Part shown: positions 37,469 through 49,160 of the stretch, in pieces | Layout: each line of letters opens with the position of its first letter | How positions within the stretch are numbered: the stretch's first letter is position 1 | DNA from: Felis catus | Taxonomy: Eukaryota | DNA: 64,000 bases | NCBI RefSeq assembly: GCF_018350175.1 | Contig: NC_058386.1 | Coordinates: forward strand, 113,770,001-113,834,000 | Direction: 5' to 3' | Position numbers and translations under genes: made by a program | The notes under the pieces: generated by a model | Database searches by the model: none | What the model was told of the DNA's origin: nothing | What the model saw: the letters and a program-made list of their open reading frames with translations, nothing else

Positions 37469-38190
37469 AAAACTCTGTAACTCTTAAGCAATAATTCCTC
37501 ATTCCCCTCCTCCCCATCCCTTCTTCAACTTCTAATCTACTTTCTGTCTCTGTGAACTTGCCTGTGAAACGATACAATGTTTATTCTTTGGTGTCTGGCT
37601 TATTTCACTTAACATAGTATTTTCAAGGTTAATCAATGTTGTAGCATAAATCACATCTTCCACTAAAGGTACATACATTTTGTTATCCATTCATCTGTTG
37701 ATGGACACTTGGGTTGTCTCCAATTTTTGACTATTGGGAATAATGCTGAAATGAACATTAGCATACAAGTATCTGTTTGTGTTCCTGTTTTCAATTCTTT
37801 GGAGTATATACCCAGGAGCATAATTGCTGGTTCGTAAGGTAAGTCTACATTTAGCCTTTCGAGGAACTGTCAAACGGTTGTCCGCAGAGGCTGCACCATT
37901 TTATATTCATACCAGCACTATACGAAGGTTACGATTTCTCCACGTCCTCACAAATGCTTGTTATTTTCCTTCAAAAAAAATATAGCTTTCCTAATGGGTA
38001 TGAACTGGTAGCTCATTGTGGTTTTGATTTGCATTAATCTAATGGCTAATGCTGTTCAACACTTTCTCATGTGCTTATTGGATATTATATATCTTCCTTG
38101 GAGAAATGTCTATTTAAGTGCTATGCCCAGTTTTTCTCTTTTTGTTGCTGGCTTTTAAGAGTTCTTTATACATATAAAACACATATCAGA

Positions 38191-38365
38191 GGGGCGCCTG
38201 GGTGGCTCAGTCAGTTAAGCAGCTGACTTCAGCTCAGGTTCTCGCAGTTCATGGGTTCAAGCCCTGCATCGGGCTCTGTGCTGACAAATAGGAGCCTGGA
38301 GCCTGCTTCTGATTCTGTGTCTCCCTCTCTCTGTACCCCTCCCCCCAAATAAAATAAACATTTAA
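38191..38365 (+). mobile_element. Can-SINE nested in L1, TSD aaaacacatatcaga
   Basis: Perfect 15-bp TSD at 38176-38190 and 38366-38380. Confidence 0.96.
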
Positions 38366-40169
38366 AAAACACATATCAGATACGTGATTTGCAAATATTT
38401 TCTCCCATTGTGTAGGTTGTCTTTTCACTTTCCTGCTACTCTCCTTTGCACAAACGTTTTAATGTTGATGAAGTACAGTTCATCTAATTTTTTTTCTCTT
38501 GTCCATGCTTTTGGCATCGTATCTAAAAATCTGTTGCCAAATCCAAATAGATGGCAAACTACCCTTATGTTTTCTTTTAAGAATTTTATAGTTCTAGCTC
38601 TTATATTTAGTTTGCTAATCCATTTGAGTTAATTTTTGAATACGGTGTGAGGTAGGGGTCCAATGTGATTCTTTCGCAGGTGGAAATTCCAGTTGTCCTG
38701 GCAGCATCTATTGAAGAGAAAACTGTTTCTTCATTGAATGGACTTGTCACCCTTGTCAAAAAATCAACTGGACATTGATGTATGGGTGTATTTCTGGACT
38801 GTCATTTCTATTCCATTGGTCTATATGTCTATTCTATGCCAGTACCACACTGTTCTGATTACTATAGCTTTGTGGTAAGTTCTGAAATCACAAAGAATGA
38901 GTTCTCGAACTTTGTTCTCCATTTTCACAATAGTTTTGCTTACATAGGGGCCCTTTGTCATTCTATATGAATTGGAGGATTGGCTTTTTCATTTCTTCAA
39001 AAAAAATCTGTAGGATTTTGATATAAATTACACTGACTCTATAGGTCACTTTGGGTAGTACTGATAACTTAACAATATTCACTCTTTCTATCCATGAACA
39101 CAAGATGCCTTTTGATTTAGATTTAGGTCTTACTTAATTTCTCTTGGCAATATTTTATAGTTTTCAGTGTATAAGCTTTCACTTTCTTGGTTAAATTTAT
39201 TCCTGAGTATTTTATTATTTTAGGTGTTATTATAAATGGAATCTCTGTCATATTTTCCTTTATAGATGGTGGAAAGAAACAACCAATTTTGCATGTTGAC
39301 CTTGTACCCTGGAACTTTCCTCAATTAGTTCATTAGCTCCAGGAGCTTTCTTGTGAATTCTTTGGGATTTCCTACATATAATATCATGTCACCTGTGAAG
39401 AGATAGTTTTATTTCTTCCTTTCCAATTTGGATGCCTTTAATTTCTTTTCCTTGCCTGAATGCCCTGGCTAGAACTTCCAGTACAACGTGGAATAGCAGT
39501 AGTGCGAGTGAGCATCTTTGTTTTGTTCCTGATCTTAGGCAGAAAGCTTTTAAGTTTGAGTATGATGTTAGCTGTGGGTTTTTCAGAAATGCCCTCTCTC
39601 ATGTTGAGGAGGTTCCCTTCTATTCCCAAGTTTTTCTGAGAGTTTTTACCATGAAAGGGTGTTGGATTTTATCAAATGTCTTTTCTGTATTTGTTGGGAT
39701 AATCATGTGGGTTGCCCCCCTTCATTCTATTAATATGATGCATTGCATGATTGATATTCTTATGTTGAGCCACCTTTACATTACTGGGATAGATCCCAGC
39801 TGGCCATGATGTATAATCCTTTTCATATGCTGTTGGGTTTGGTTTGCTGATCTTTTATTGAAGATTTCTGCATCTGTATTCATAAGGTATATTGGGTGGT
39901 AATTTCTTTTCTTCTGATGTCTTCATCTGTCTTTGATATCAGAGTAATGCTGGCCTTATAAAATGAATTATAAAGTGTTTTCTTCTATTTTGTGGAAGAA
40001 TTGGTGAAATGTTGATAATTCCCCTTTAAATGTTTGGGAGAATTCACCAGTGGAGCCATTTGGTCCTGCACTTTTCTTTGTTGAGAAGTTTTTTGTTTTT
40101 TTTTTTAATTTGTAATGTCCCTGACTAGGAAACTTTCTTTTTTTCCCCCCCAAAGGACTGTGTATTTTT

Positions 40170-40390
40170 TTTTATTTAAAGTTTTTTTTAACGTTTATTT
40201 ATTTCTGAGACAGAAAGACAGAGTGTGAGTGGGGGAGAGGCAGAGAAAGAGGGAGACACAGAATCTGAAGCAGGCTCCAGGCTCTGAGCTGTCAGCACAG
40301 AGCCCAAAGTGGGGCTCGAACTCATGAACCGTGAGATCATGACCTGAACCAAAGTCAGACGCTCAACCGACTGAGTCACCCAGGCACCCC
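40170..40390 (-). mobile_element. SINEC_Fc Can-SINE inserted at the tail of the adjacent SINE
   Basis: TSD aggactgtgtattttt at 40154-40169 and 40391-40406. Confidence 0.95.
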
Positions 40391-40406
40391 AGGACTGTGT
40401 ATTTTT

Positions 40407-40640
40407 TTTTAATTTTACAGTTTTTATTTATTTTAAGAGAGACACAGCATGAGTGGGGGAGGGACATAGGGAGAGGAGAGAGAGAAAAAGAGAGAGAGAT
40501 AGAGGGAGAGAGAGAATCTCAAGCAGGCTCCAACACCCAACGCAGAGTCTGATGGGGGCTTGATCCCACAACTGTGAGATCATGACCTGAGCTGAAATCA
40601 AGACTCAGACGCTCAACCAACGGAGCCACCCGGGTGCCCC
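40407..40640 (-). mobile_element. Can-SINE (older)
   Basis: Body ending ggagccacccgggtgcccc. Confidence 0.93.
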
Positions 40641-43600
40641 GGAATCACATGACTTTAGAAAAACCTAACTCTCCTTCCTTCTCACCCATCCTCAAAGCAG
40701 CCCCAAATTTTTCATAGACAACCAGCAAAACCTTTAGCTCCTCCCTAAGTGAGGTGTTACATCAGTGAAAGCATCGTTTCATTTTGTGGCTCAGACAACC
40801 CAAGCCGCGCAAAATCGACTGGTGGTTAGCCTCAGCTCTCATTTTTCAGGATACCTGAACGGGACTGATTTCAGAACAGAGGGACCTCTGACACCTAGGC
40901 TTGAAGTTAGCATCCCAGATCAGTATTTTTCAAACTTCCTTCAGTAGCAGAACTTTGTCTCAAACAAACTTGCATGAAACCCAACACACGAACTGGTTTC
41001 ACGAGGGAGTACAGCCCTCCTGGCTTTCCTCCTCTGCCTCGCCTCCCTCAAACTGTCCATGAAAACCACTGCCCCCAATCACAGGCTTTGAGGCTGGGAG
41101 AAAGGATAGAAAAGCCTGCCCCAGAAAACATTTCCATTCTATAGGACAGTGGCAGCCACCACCTGCAATTGGAGTTCCAAGTCAGGCACACAAGCAGATG
41201 GGGTGTGGAGAAGAAGTCTAGATATATGACTCCACCAAGTGCTGCCATCTTTAGAATCAGTTGTCCGAGGCTGGCACTGGCTTCAACAATAAGCACCAAG
41301 CAAATAAAACCAGCCTGGGGCAAACATTTTCTCTTGGACACAAAATTCCCGAAGACTGCAAAAGGAAGCCCTTCCGGTTCGGAGGTAAAGCCCAACTTCA
41401 TCTCTATCAGCCATAATTTGTATCCAGCTGTATCTTCAGCTGACCTATGGGAGTCAGGCTTTAGGAGGCAGGGGTCACAAAACGGCGAATTCACCAGGAG
41501 GCCGTGAGCTCGGTGACTTCAGCTACGGGGAACGAAAACTCAGCAACCATCCACTCCCTCTGCCTTTTTAACTGAGCAGCCTCTATGAGCCAGGCACTAT
41601 TCTAAAGTGGAAATGCCCAGAGAAATCCGAGGAATATACGGTTAAGAGAAACACAGGATTCAGGCTGCAAAGTCCCTACATCTCCAATGGCGACGGAAGA
41701 GCCAGAAGGGACAGCCAGTGACATGCACAGAGTTGCGTGAAGCAATGAGCTCCAAGTTCTGGTCGTGTCTCTGCCTCTCGCTCGCTGCGGGACCTAGAAC
41801 AGGTTGCTTCCTGTCTGGGTCCCAGTCTCCTTCTCTGTGAAATGAAACAGTTGGGAGACAAGATTCCTCCTATAGTCTGTAGGAGTATAGCCTCAAAAGC
41901 AAACACTAAATTGGGTGAGCGTGCCAAAGTGTAGACTATGTAAGCTTCAGCCTCTCTAACATTGGTGCTGATGGTAATGACAAAGAGTAAGAACAATAAT
42001 GAAATATCAATGATGGTAGCAGCGACTGTTTACTGAATGCTTACTGGGTCACAGGCCCTCTTCCCATGTGATTTTTAGGAATCTTCCCAGGTTTCTTGCC
42101 AGAATGCGAGACTTGGAAAAGCCCGTAGATGTTTTAGCAACGGGAAGATCAGGAGGCAGACCTACTCAAATGTTGCAGGACATGAACTTCCCATCTTCAT
42201 CTCTCAGTCCCCATTCCTTCTAATACCCCACCATTTTACTTCCTCATTTTCCAGATTTGAGACTGATCCATCCCAATCATAAATCTAGTATCTGTGGGTT
42301 TTGGTGCTTTCTCATCCCATGGCAAGAGTCCCAAGTGCCCTGGGCAGTATACTGGGGTCTGCAGAATTAGAATCTTCTCCCCAACTCCTTCAGTGTGATG
42401 ACAGAGTGAATTTTTATTTGATGGGAAAATATTTTGTATTTCAGGCCATATTTTATATCCATGTGTTGATACACAGTGGAAAACATTAAAATCAACACTT
42501 CAATGTAATCCCGTGCTCTCCTTGCTCTGAGGTAATTATCATAATTGAAATTTGTCAGTAATCAGCATCATTTCTATCGGATGCTATCAAAATGTTTTGA
42601 TGCAGTGAGTGAAAAACACTGAATGCTGCTATCATAATGACATAGAGGAGACCCACACCCAATGTCATGTGCGACCAGTACTATGGTAACCCGTTCAATG
42701 TGTTTTATTAGCATTTCAGTTTAAGAAGCATTTTCCCATATAGTTCCTCATTTTGATTTGACTTTGATCTTCCTAACGATTCTGTGAAATAAATAAGGCA
42801 AGTATTATTCTGACTGTTACATGAGGGAAAATACACACCACAAGTAGGAACAGAACCAGGTCTCCAAATCCTAAATCCAGCATCTAACATGCCATACTGA
42901 CACCACGTACAACATATACAACCTAAAAACCTTCTGAGCTAGGCAAATTGAGGGCTAGTAGCAAATTTAGAAGCAACCCCGGTAAGGAAAACACCATCAG
43001 ACAGGGATTATTCAATTAAGATCTGTCAGTATTGCCTCTTGAGAGAAAATTCCTGCAGACAACTCTTTATCTTTTTCCTTTTTGAATTTAAATACAGCGG
43101 CAGCAACAAAAAGAGTTGAAGGCGGGTGGGGGGGGGGTGGTCCCAGAAAACAGGCTGAGGAACTGTACTTCCAGAGGGAAACACAAAGATTTAATCAGCA
43201 CCTCTCTACATACTTAGCCACTGCTGGAGATGATAGTGCTTTTCCTCATTGAATTACAAGGCAACAACCCCCTAATTTTTTCCATGTTTTGGCAAGAAAA
43301 TTATAAGTAGCTGTGCCCCCTGGGTTTGGCATGAATCTGGATACAGTCGGCTGTATATAACCCCAGTGTGTGAACGCTGTCATTTAAAGGTATACGTGTT
43401 ACTTAGCATTTACTTGGGAGTGGTTAGCAGCCCTCCTTAGCCAAATGCCCAACAAGAGCCACCCTAGCCCAGGTGGTTGCTTTATAAAGGGTGTTTTTCC
43501 CAGACCGGGCTTACTCTCTCCTGCTGGATCGGGCATAGTGCCAGCCTAGCAGGTTCCCTGCTGTTTGTGTAGAGGTGTGGGAGGCTTCTCTCACGTACCC

Positions 43601-44959
43601 ATTCACCACAGGGTCTGTCGAGACTCAGCTTGGCCACTTCATACACAGAATGGACAAATTTAAGGTGGGAGTTTCAGCCTGTGCCCTGCCCTGGCTGGCA
43701 TGTCACTGATGCATACCCTTGGGCATAAGGAGAACAAAGTGCCAGAGTGGAGACAACATGGAAACAGAGGGCATGCAGTGTCTGTGAAAGCGTAGCAATT
43801 AATTACCCAAAGGATCAAATTCCAAGGAGCTGCCCTATCTTAGGTTATGACCAGCGACAAAGACAGCCCATGAAGGTCCTGTAGTTCTAGGTCCCCAGAA
43901 AGTTCCCTAGGAGTCCCAGGATGGGGGCTATGTCAACATTTGTCATTGTTTTGCTTCCCTTTGGCCACCTTTAAAATAATGGCAAGAGACCATTATTTAA
44001 AGGCCACCTTTAAGATAATGGCAGAGCAATGGCAAAAATCAGAGCCCTCTTTGATGCTCTGAACCATCGAGAGAGTTCTACTTTCCTCTGCAAAAAGAAA
44101 AATAAAACAGACAGCCAACAACTTCTCCATCAGACACCAAGTATTTCTTTGCCCATTGCTTCCCCTCTATATCTCACCACCAGCTCCCCTGCTCTCTTCC
44201 AGTTGAACTGGAAGCAAGCCGATGTAAACATACTGAGGTGGGTTGGTAAGTTTGTTTGACTATTTGCCTGTTTGCTTTTGGAAAATCCTGGGGGAGCCGT
44301 TGGAGCTTCAGTATGTAGGCACTGAGACCAGTTCTCAGGAGTCTAGACCAGCATCCTACATGGCATTAACTGATGACATTTCTCAATAATAATCAACTAG
44401 GAGCCAAAGCAACACGCTGGAGTGGCCAACATGTTGCCAGATGCTGGAGATGGACAAGGGTGCGGGAGGTTGCGCAACTGATGGAAAAGAATGCAAGATG
44501 AAGTACAGGAACAACACAGCCACAATCCAGAAGCTCTAGGCTTACAAGGACCAATCCATGGGAAGCACAGCCAGCCAGTCAGTGGCTTTAATGGGGAGAG
44601 CACTACCTAGACAGATCACTCGGAGAGAACAAAGATTTGGCTTGAGTAGATTGGGATGCACTGGCTTCCCCACACCAAGAGGAAGCAGAATAACTGTTAT
44701 TAACAAGCAGAATGCTACAAATAAGTCACCGCACTCTGAAAACACTTTTCTCGGGAAGGGCATCACGGTCAAAACGCCTGGGGTCTATCCCGGACTCTGC
44801 CACTTACTAGCTTTATGATCTTAGGCAAGTCATTTAAGTCTCTGAATCTTTACTATATCATTTGCAAAGTGAGGACAATTGCACAGGGTAGTATTAATTG
44901 AGGTGTGAGTCAGCACAGCATCTAGAGTACTCTAGATGAATATGTTGAGGGAAGAGAAA

Positions 44960-45128
44960 GCAGGGCAAAAGGGCCTGAATGCATGGGGTCAGGTTGAAGC
45001 CAGACTGCAGCTGAGACCACCACCTTGCTTGGTCAGCTCCTTCCCCTGCCCTCTCCTGCTTATTCCCATTCTCCCCACGGAGAACCTTTGTCTCAGGATC
45101 GGCTTCTAGAGAACCAAACCTAAGACAA
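44960..45128 (-). mobile_element. MLT1K/L-like LTR fragment
   Basis: Reverse complement tgtcttaggtttggttctctagaagccgatcctgagacaaagg. Confidence 0.6.
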
Positions 45129-45616
45129 CCAACTTTCAACAACACAACTTTAGAAAACTAATACACTCTACTTTCTCCTCACTCCTAATTCTGATCCTTA
45201 GCCAAGGAGGGTATTTTAACTATGATCTTGATGGTATTATGTTGCAGTGATCCCAAAGAACTGCAAAGTATCTTATACAGTGTGAGTTGCCCTGGTCTGA
45301 TACCTTAATGGTGGCTCTGGGAAAGGTGAATCAAACGTCTTCAAGACCATGGGCAAGTCCTATGTCAACAGTGGGTAATGGAGAACCTGAGAGAGTTGGA
45401 GAGGCCCTTCAGGAACTTGGCTTTGCTCATTCACTACCCACACAAGGTAGAGGGCCTTCAATTGGAGTTTTCTCACACTAATGGCCAAAGGTCAGATTTA
45501 TAACCAGATGTTTGTTAACACAAAGCATTTGTTCTCAAAACCTTGTCCTTGACAACGAAGTCAGTCTGCCCACATAGTGAGAAGTGGGGGAAAGGCAAAT
45601 TTATCACTTGGTATTT

Positions 45617-45678
45617 TTTTTAAAATATAATTTATTGTCAAATTGGTTTCCATACAACACCCAGCGGTCATCCCAACG
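45617..45678 (-). mobile_element. 62-bp 5'-truncated feline L1 (L1_Fc-type 3' terminus) with 15-bp TSD
   Basis: tttttaaaatataatttattgtcaaattggtttccatacaacacccag flanked by tatcacttggtattt at 45602-45616 and 45679-45693. Confidence 0.9.
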
Positions 45679-46199
45679 TATCACTTGGTATTTCTGAAAT
45701 GGGTTCAGATTTTCTGGCCACAGCTTATCTCCCCTTCCAAAAGGAGAGAGCAGGGATGAGAGGCTGTGGTTAGACAAAAGGTGTGTAAAACACTGGCGTT
45801 TCTCAGAAAAGGACAGATACTGTATTCACTCACACACAATTATAAGACTGCAGGAAGAAAGTCAATATGTATTGACTAGGATTTCAAGTAACTAAAATGA
45901 GGCATCTAAAGGGACCCCCCCCCCTCCGTGGATTCACTTACCCATGTAAAAACAAATCCATCACTGTAACACAATACCACCAAGACCCTAGTCCAAGTGC
46001 CCTCCTGTGACAGTCAAAGGCCGTCACAGGTGGCAACAGTGGCACTTCAAGTGCCATCTAGCTCACAAATATCTTTCCCGGCTTCTTAAATGGACGGTAG
46101 CGGAGACTGGTTCCCGGGTGCCTGGTTCAATAAAATATAACCCCAAGTCGACCTCTGAGGAGAAAAATGGAGCATGTTCGCTTTCTAAAATCAGGTTGC

Positions 46200-46625
46200 T
46201 GAAAGCTGGTTTCCTTGGTTAGGTTCCCTAGAAGCAGATCCTGAGCCGGAGATTCTACGGGGAGAACGGGACAAGGAGGGAGAGGGCAGGGGAGGGGAGC
46301 TGACCAAGCAAGGCGGTGGTCTCGGCTGGAGTCTGGCTGTAACCGGAGCCCTGGAGGAGCTCTGGAGCACAAACTGCACGACGTGGCTGGACCCACCTTG
46401 AGGCAGGAGGGTCCAACCAGTCATCGGCTGTGGGCTGCTCCGAGGGATGAGGAAGCAGTACCTCTCAGGCAAGAGACCTCCTGCTCCAGAGAGGGGGCAA
46501 CTGTGAGCCATAGGAAGCGATACCCCCGGCAGCTAAGGGATAGGTACACACGGTTGGCAAAGGCAATGCGGGCAGGGCACCAACAGTATCCACTCCACCG
46601 GTTGACTGTCAACCGGGTGCCTTGA
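46200..46625 (+). mobile_element. MLT1K/L-like LTR (degraded)
   Basis: ggttccctagaagcagatcctgagccggagattc start motif. Confidence 0.5.
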
Positions 46626-46679
46626 AAACAAAACTTACTGCCATGGGTGAGTCAGCTTCCCGGCCACCTCTCCAACCTC

Positions 46680-46882
46680 ATCTCCTCTCTCTCGCTCACT
46701 CCGCTCCAGCCACCCTGGTCTCCCTGAACATGAACTCATCTTAAGGTCTTTGAACGTGCTGTTCTCTGTACCTGAAGCTCTTTCTGTGCATGTATCTGCA
46801 TTATTTCTCCCTTAACCTCCTTCTGGCCATTATTTGGATGCCATCTTTTCTATTTAGCCTTCTCTAGCTTGGCTCTGCACAC

Positions 46883-46936
<54 letters not shown>

Positions 46937-46985
46937 AAGCAACCCCATCTCTCTTCCTTGCTTTATTCTATAGTCATCATCTCCA
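46680..46985 (+). mobile_element. L2 fragment containing a (CA)n microsatellite (46885-46934)
   Basis: ctcactccgctccagccaccctggtctcc...tgctgttctctgtacctgaagctc. Confidence 0.7.
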
Positions 46986-48699
46986 CATGGGTTATGAGTC
47001 ATGTTTGTTTGGAAAGTAAAAATGTTTGAAGCAACTAATCCTGCCAGTCATGGGGGATAAGACACTGCAAGAAAGAATCCATTGACACTAACCAGTAGAC
47101 AGATAAAATCCAAATGCAGTGTAAGTATGTGGTATACTCTAAAAGGGACCAAAGCTGCCCCCCACCCCAGCCTCAGCCAAATATGCTGTATCTGAATAGA
47201 AATCCCCGTGGTTTCTATCAACTAAAGCTATCTATATGTGCTACTTATATTAGGAAACCTAGAAAATAATACATGCTTTTTGTATTAGTTAGGTAACGTA
47301 TAAGACGGTGTTTGTGAACACAATCAATACTTACTGAATGAGTTTTCTGAATCTGGAATGGGAAATAAATCTTAGTAAATCACTGTACACCTACATGCAC
47401 AACACATGTTTTGAAAAGTCAAATGTTTTGCTAACGGGTTCGTTCCAGCGGGGGCACAAAAACACAGTTGCAAGTTGCGATAAGCTTCCCGAGGAATGAA
47501 TATGCTCTCACCCATTTCCGACAGCAAAGGTGTCCGGCGATGACTCTAAAACCCTTACTGGCTGCGTGACCTTGAACTCCCCCAGCCTTACATTCCCTCA
47601 GCTATAAAACAGAAAGACCCTCACTGGGGGTTGGTTCTGAGGATCCCAGAAGATCATAAAGGTGAAAGACACACATGAGGTTTGAGGTAAATCTGCCCTC
47701 TCGGCAAGCTTTTAAAATTCAGCTTGTATAAAGGTTATGTTTTGTAGCTTTGATTACTTGGAAAAAATACCCACTGGGAGGATAGAAAGGCCTTATAAAT
47801 TATGACCACAATGGACAAAATGGTAGGAAACCAAAAGTCAATAGTCACTTGACATTTGAAATTAGCAGATGCGGTCAATTTGCTCTTCTGGGTCCAATCT
47901 TGTGCTTTTTCACCAATGAAACGACGACGGGAGTCCTGCCAGAAAGAGTAATCTTTGGCCTTTGTCCCAGACTGACCCTTTGTCTCTGGGCTAGTGTCAT
48001 CTACTTCATTCTAGTCCGGGAGACAGATGCAATGTAGCCTGGCAGTGAAGGGCATGAGCTATGGAGACTCTATGGGTTTGCATTCTGTAGCCCTGAATTG
48101 CAAGCTTAGCAATGCTCCTCCATAACCTCACTGAACCTCAGCATCCTCATTTGTAAAACAGGTGAATGAGTATGGCTATGTCCCTCACTCATAGGCTTGT
48201 CGTTGTCACCGTTGTGACACCGGGGAAGCTATCGTTGTCACCGTTGAGCTGCGTTGCCCAAATTCTGTTTTTGTTTCCACTTTACCTTTCACAGTCCCAG
48301 ATTCCTGACGTGCTCAGTCAACGTTAGGAAGCCCTCACCAGCGGCCAGAACAAAAGCTAAGCTGCCTCATCCAGCCAAGCCATCATGGATGTCTGATAAA
48401 GGCCTCTTGCTTGCTGAGCCATAATGTGACGACATGGAAAGAACATTGGACTTGGAGTCAGAAGACTTCAAGTTTCAGCCTTACCTGTTCTCATCTCTGT
48501 GACATAGGCTAACCCCTTCTACTTCCCTACTAGAAAGTAAGCTCCCGGAGAGCAGGGACCCTATCTAAACATGTTCGGACAGCCCCGGCACCGTGACTTA
48601 AACCTAACAGGTGACCAATAATGACTCATTAAATGACTTAAAGAATGAATATGTCAGAGTCTCAACTTCCTCATGCATTCAAAGGGATAGTAATAGTTG

Positions 48700-49160
48700 C
48701 CCTGCCTGTCTCTCAAGATCGTTCGGAAACTAGGCAGTGGCTTTTGCAATACCCACTCCTTCCCCTCTCAAGCATTTATCTCACTCAATTGTGACTGCCT
48801 TTTTATGTTGGTTCCCTCTGCTTAGTAGAATGCCTCTTAAGATTTCCCTCCTCCTTCTACCAGCTTCTTAGTTAATGTCTATTCATCCATCAATTCTCGG
48901 CTCAAAAGGCCCTTTCCGGACTCTTAATAGGCCCTCCTGCTATTATAGCTGCTTCCCATATGTCCTCCATGGAACTCACATTATATTACATTTGTGTGGT
49001 GATTTCATCCTTCCTGCTAGATTGTAAATATCATCAGGGCAGAGCCTCATGTTGATCTTGGTCACCAGTATATTTCTTGCTCCTTCCTGGCCAATTGTTA
49101 AACCTACAAGGACAGCTCATTTAATTGGCTTTCGGAGGAATGAGTGAATGGGCAAGTCAA
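48700..49160 (+). mobile_element. L2 3' fragments
   Basis: ctgctagattgtaaatatcatcagggcagagcc...gaatgagtgaatgg. Confidence 0.55.

Larger units (their letters stand above)
37085..40135 (-). mobile_element. L1 (L1MA/MB-type), 3'UTR plus ORF2 3' part, interrupted by two SINEs
   Basis: Minus-strand translations such as [27 protein letters not shown] and CIPKELKTGTQ-like are L1 ORF2; 3' end at ~37085. Confidence 0.93.

Noticed and set aside
41048-41507. Overlapping 148-aa (-) and 112-aa (+) ORFs
   Set aside because: No known motif or splice support; near-cognate starts; consistent with chance.
47442-47460. CTCF-like ccagcgggggcac
   Set aside because: Does not align to the CCASYAGRKGGC core without a deletion.
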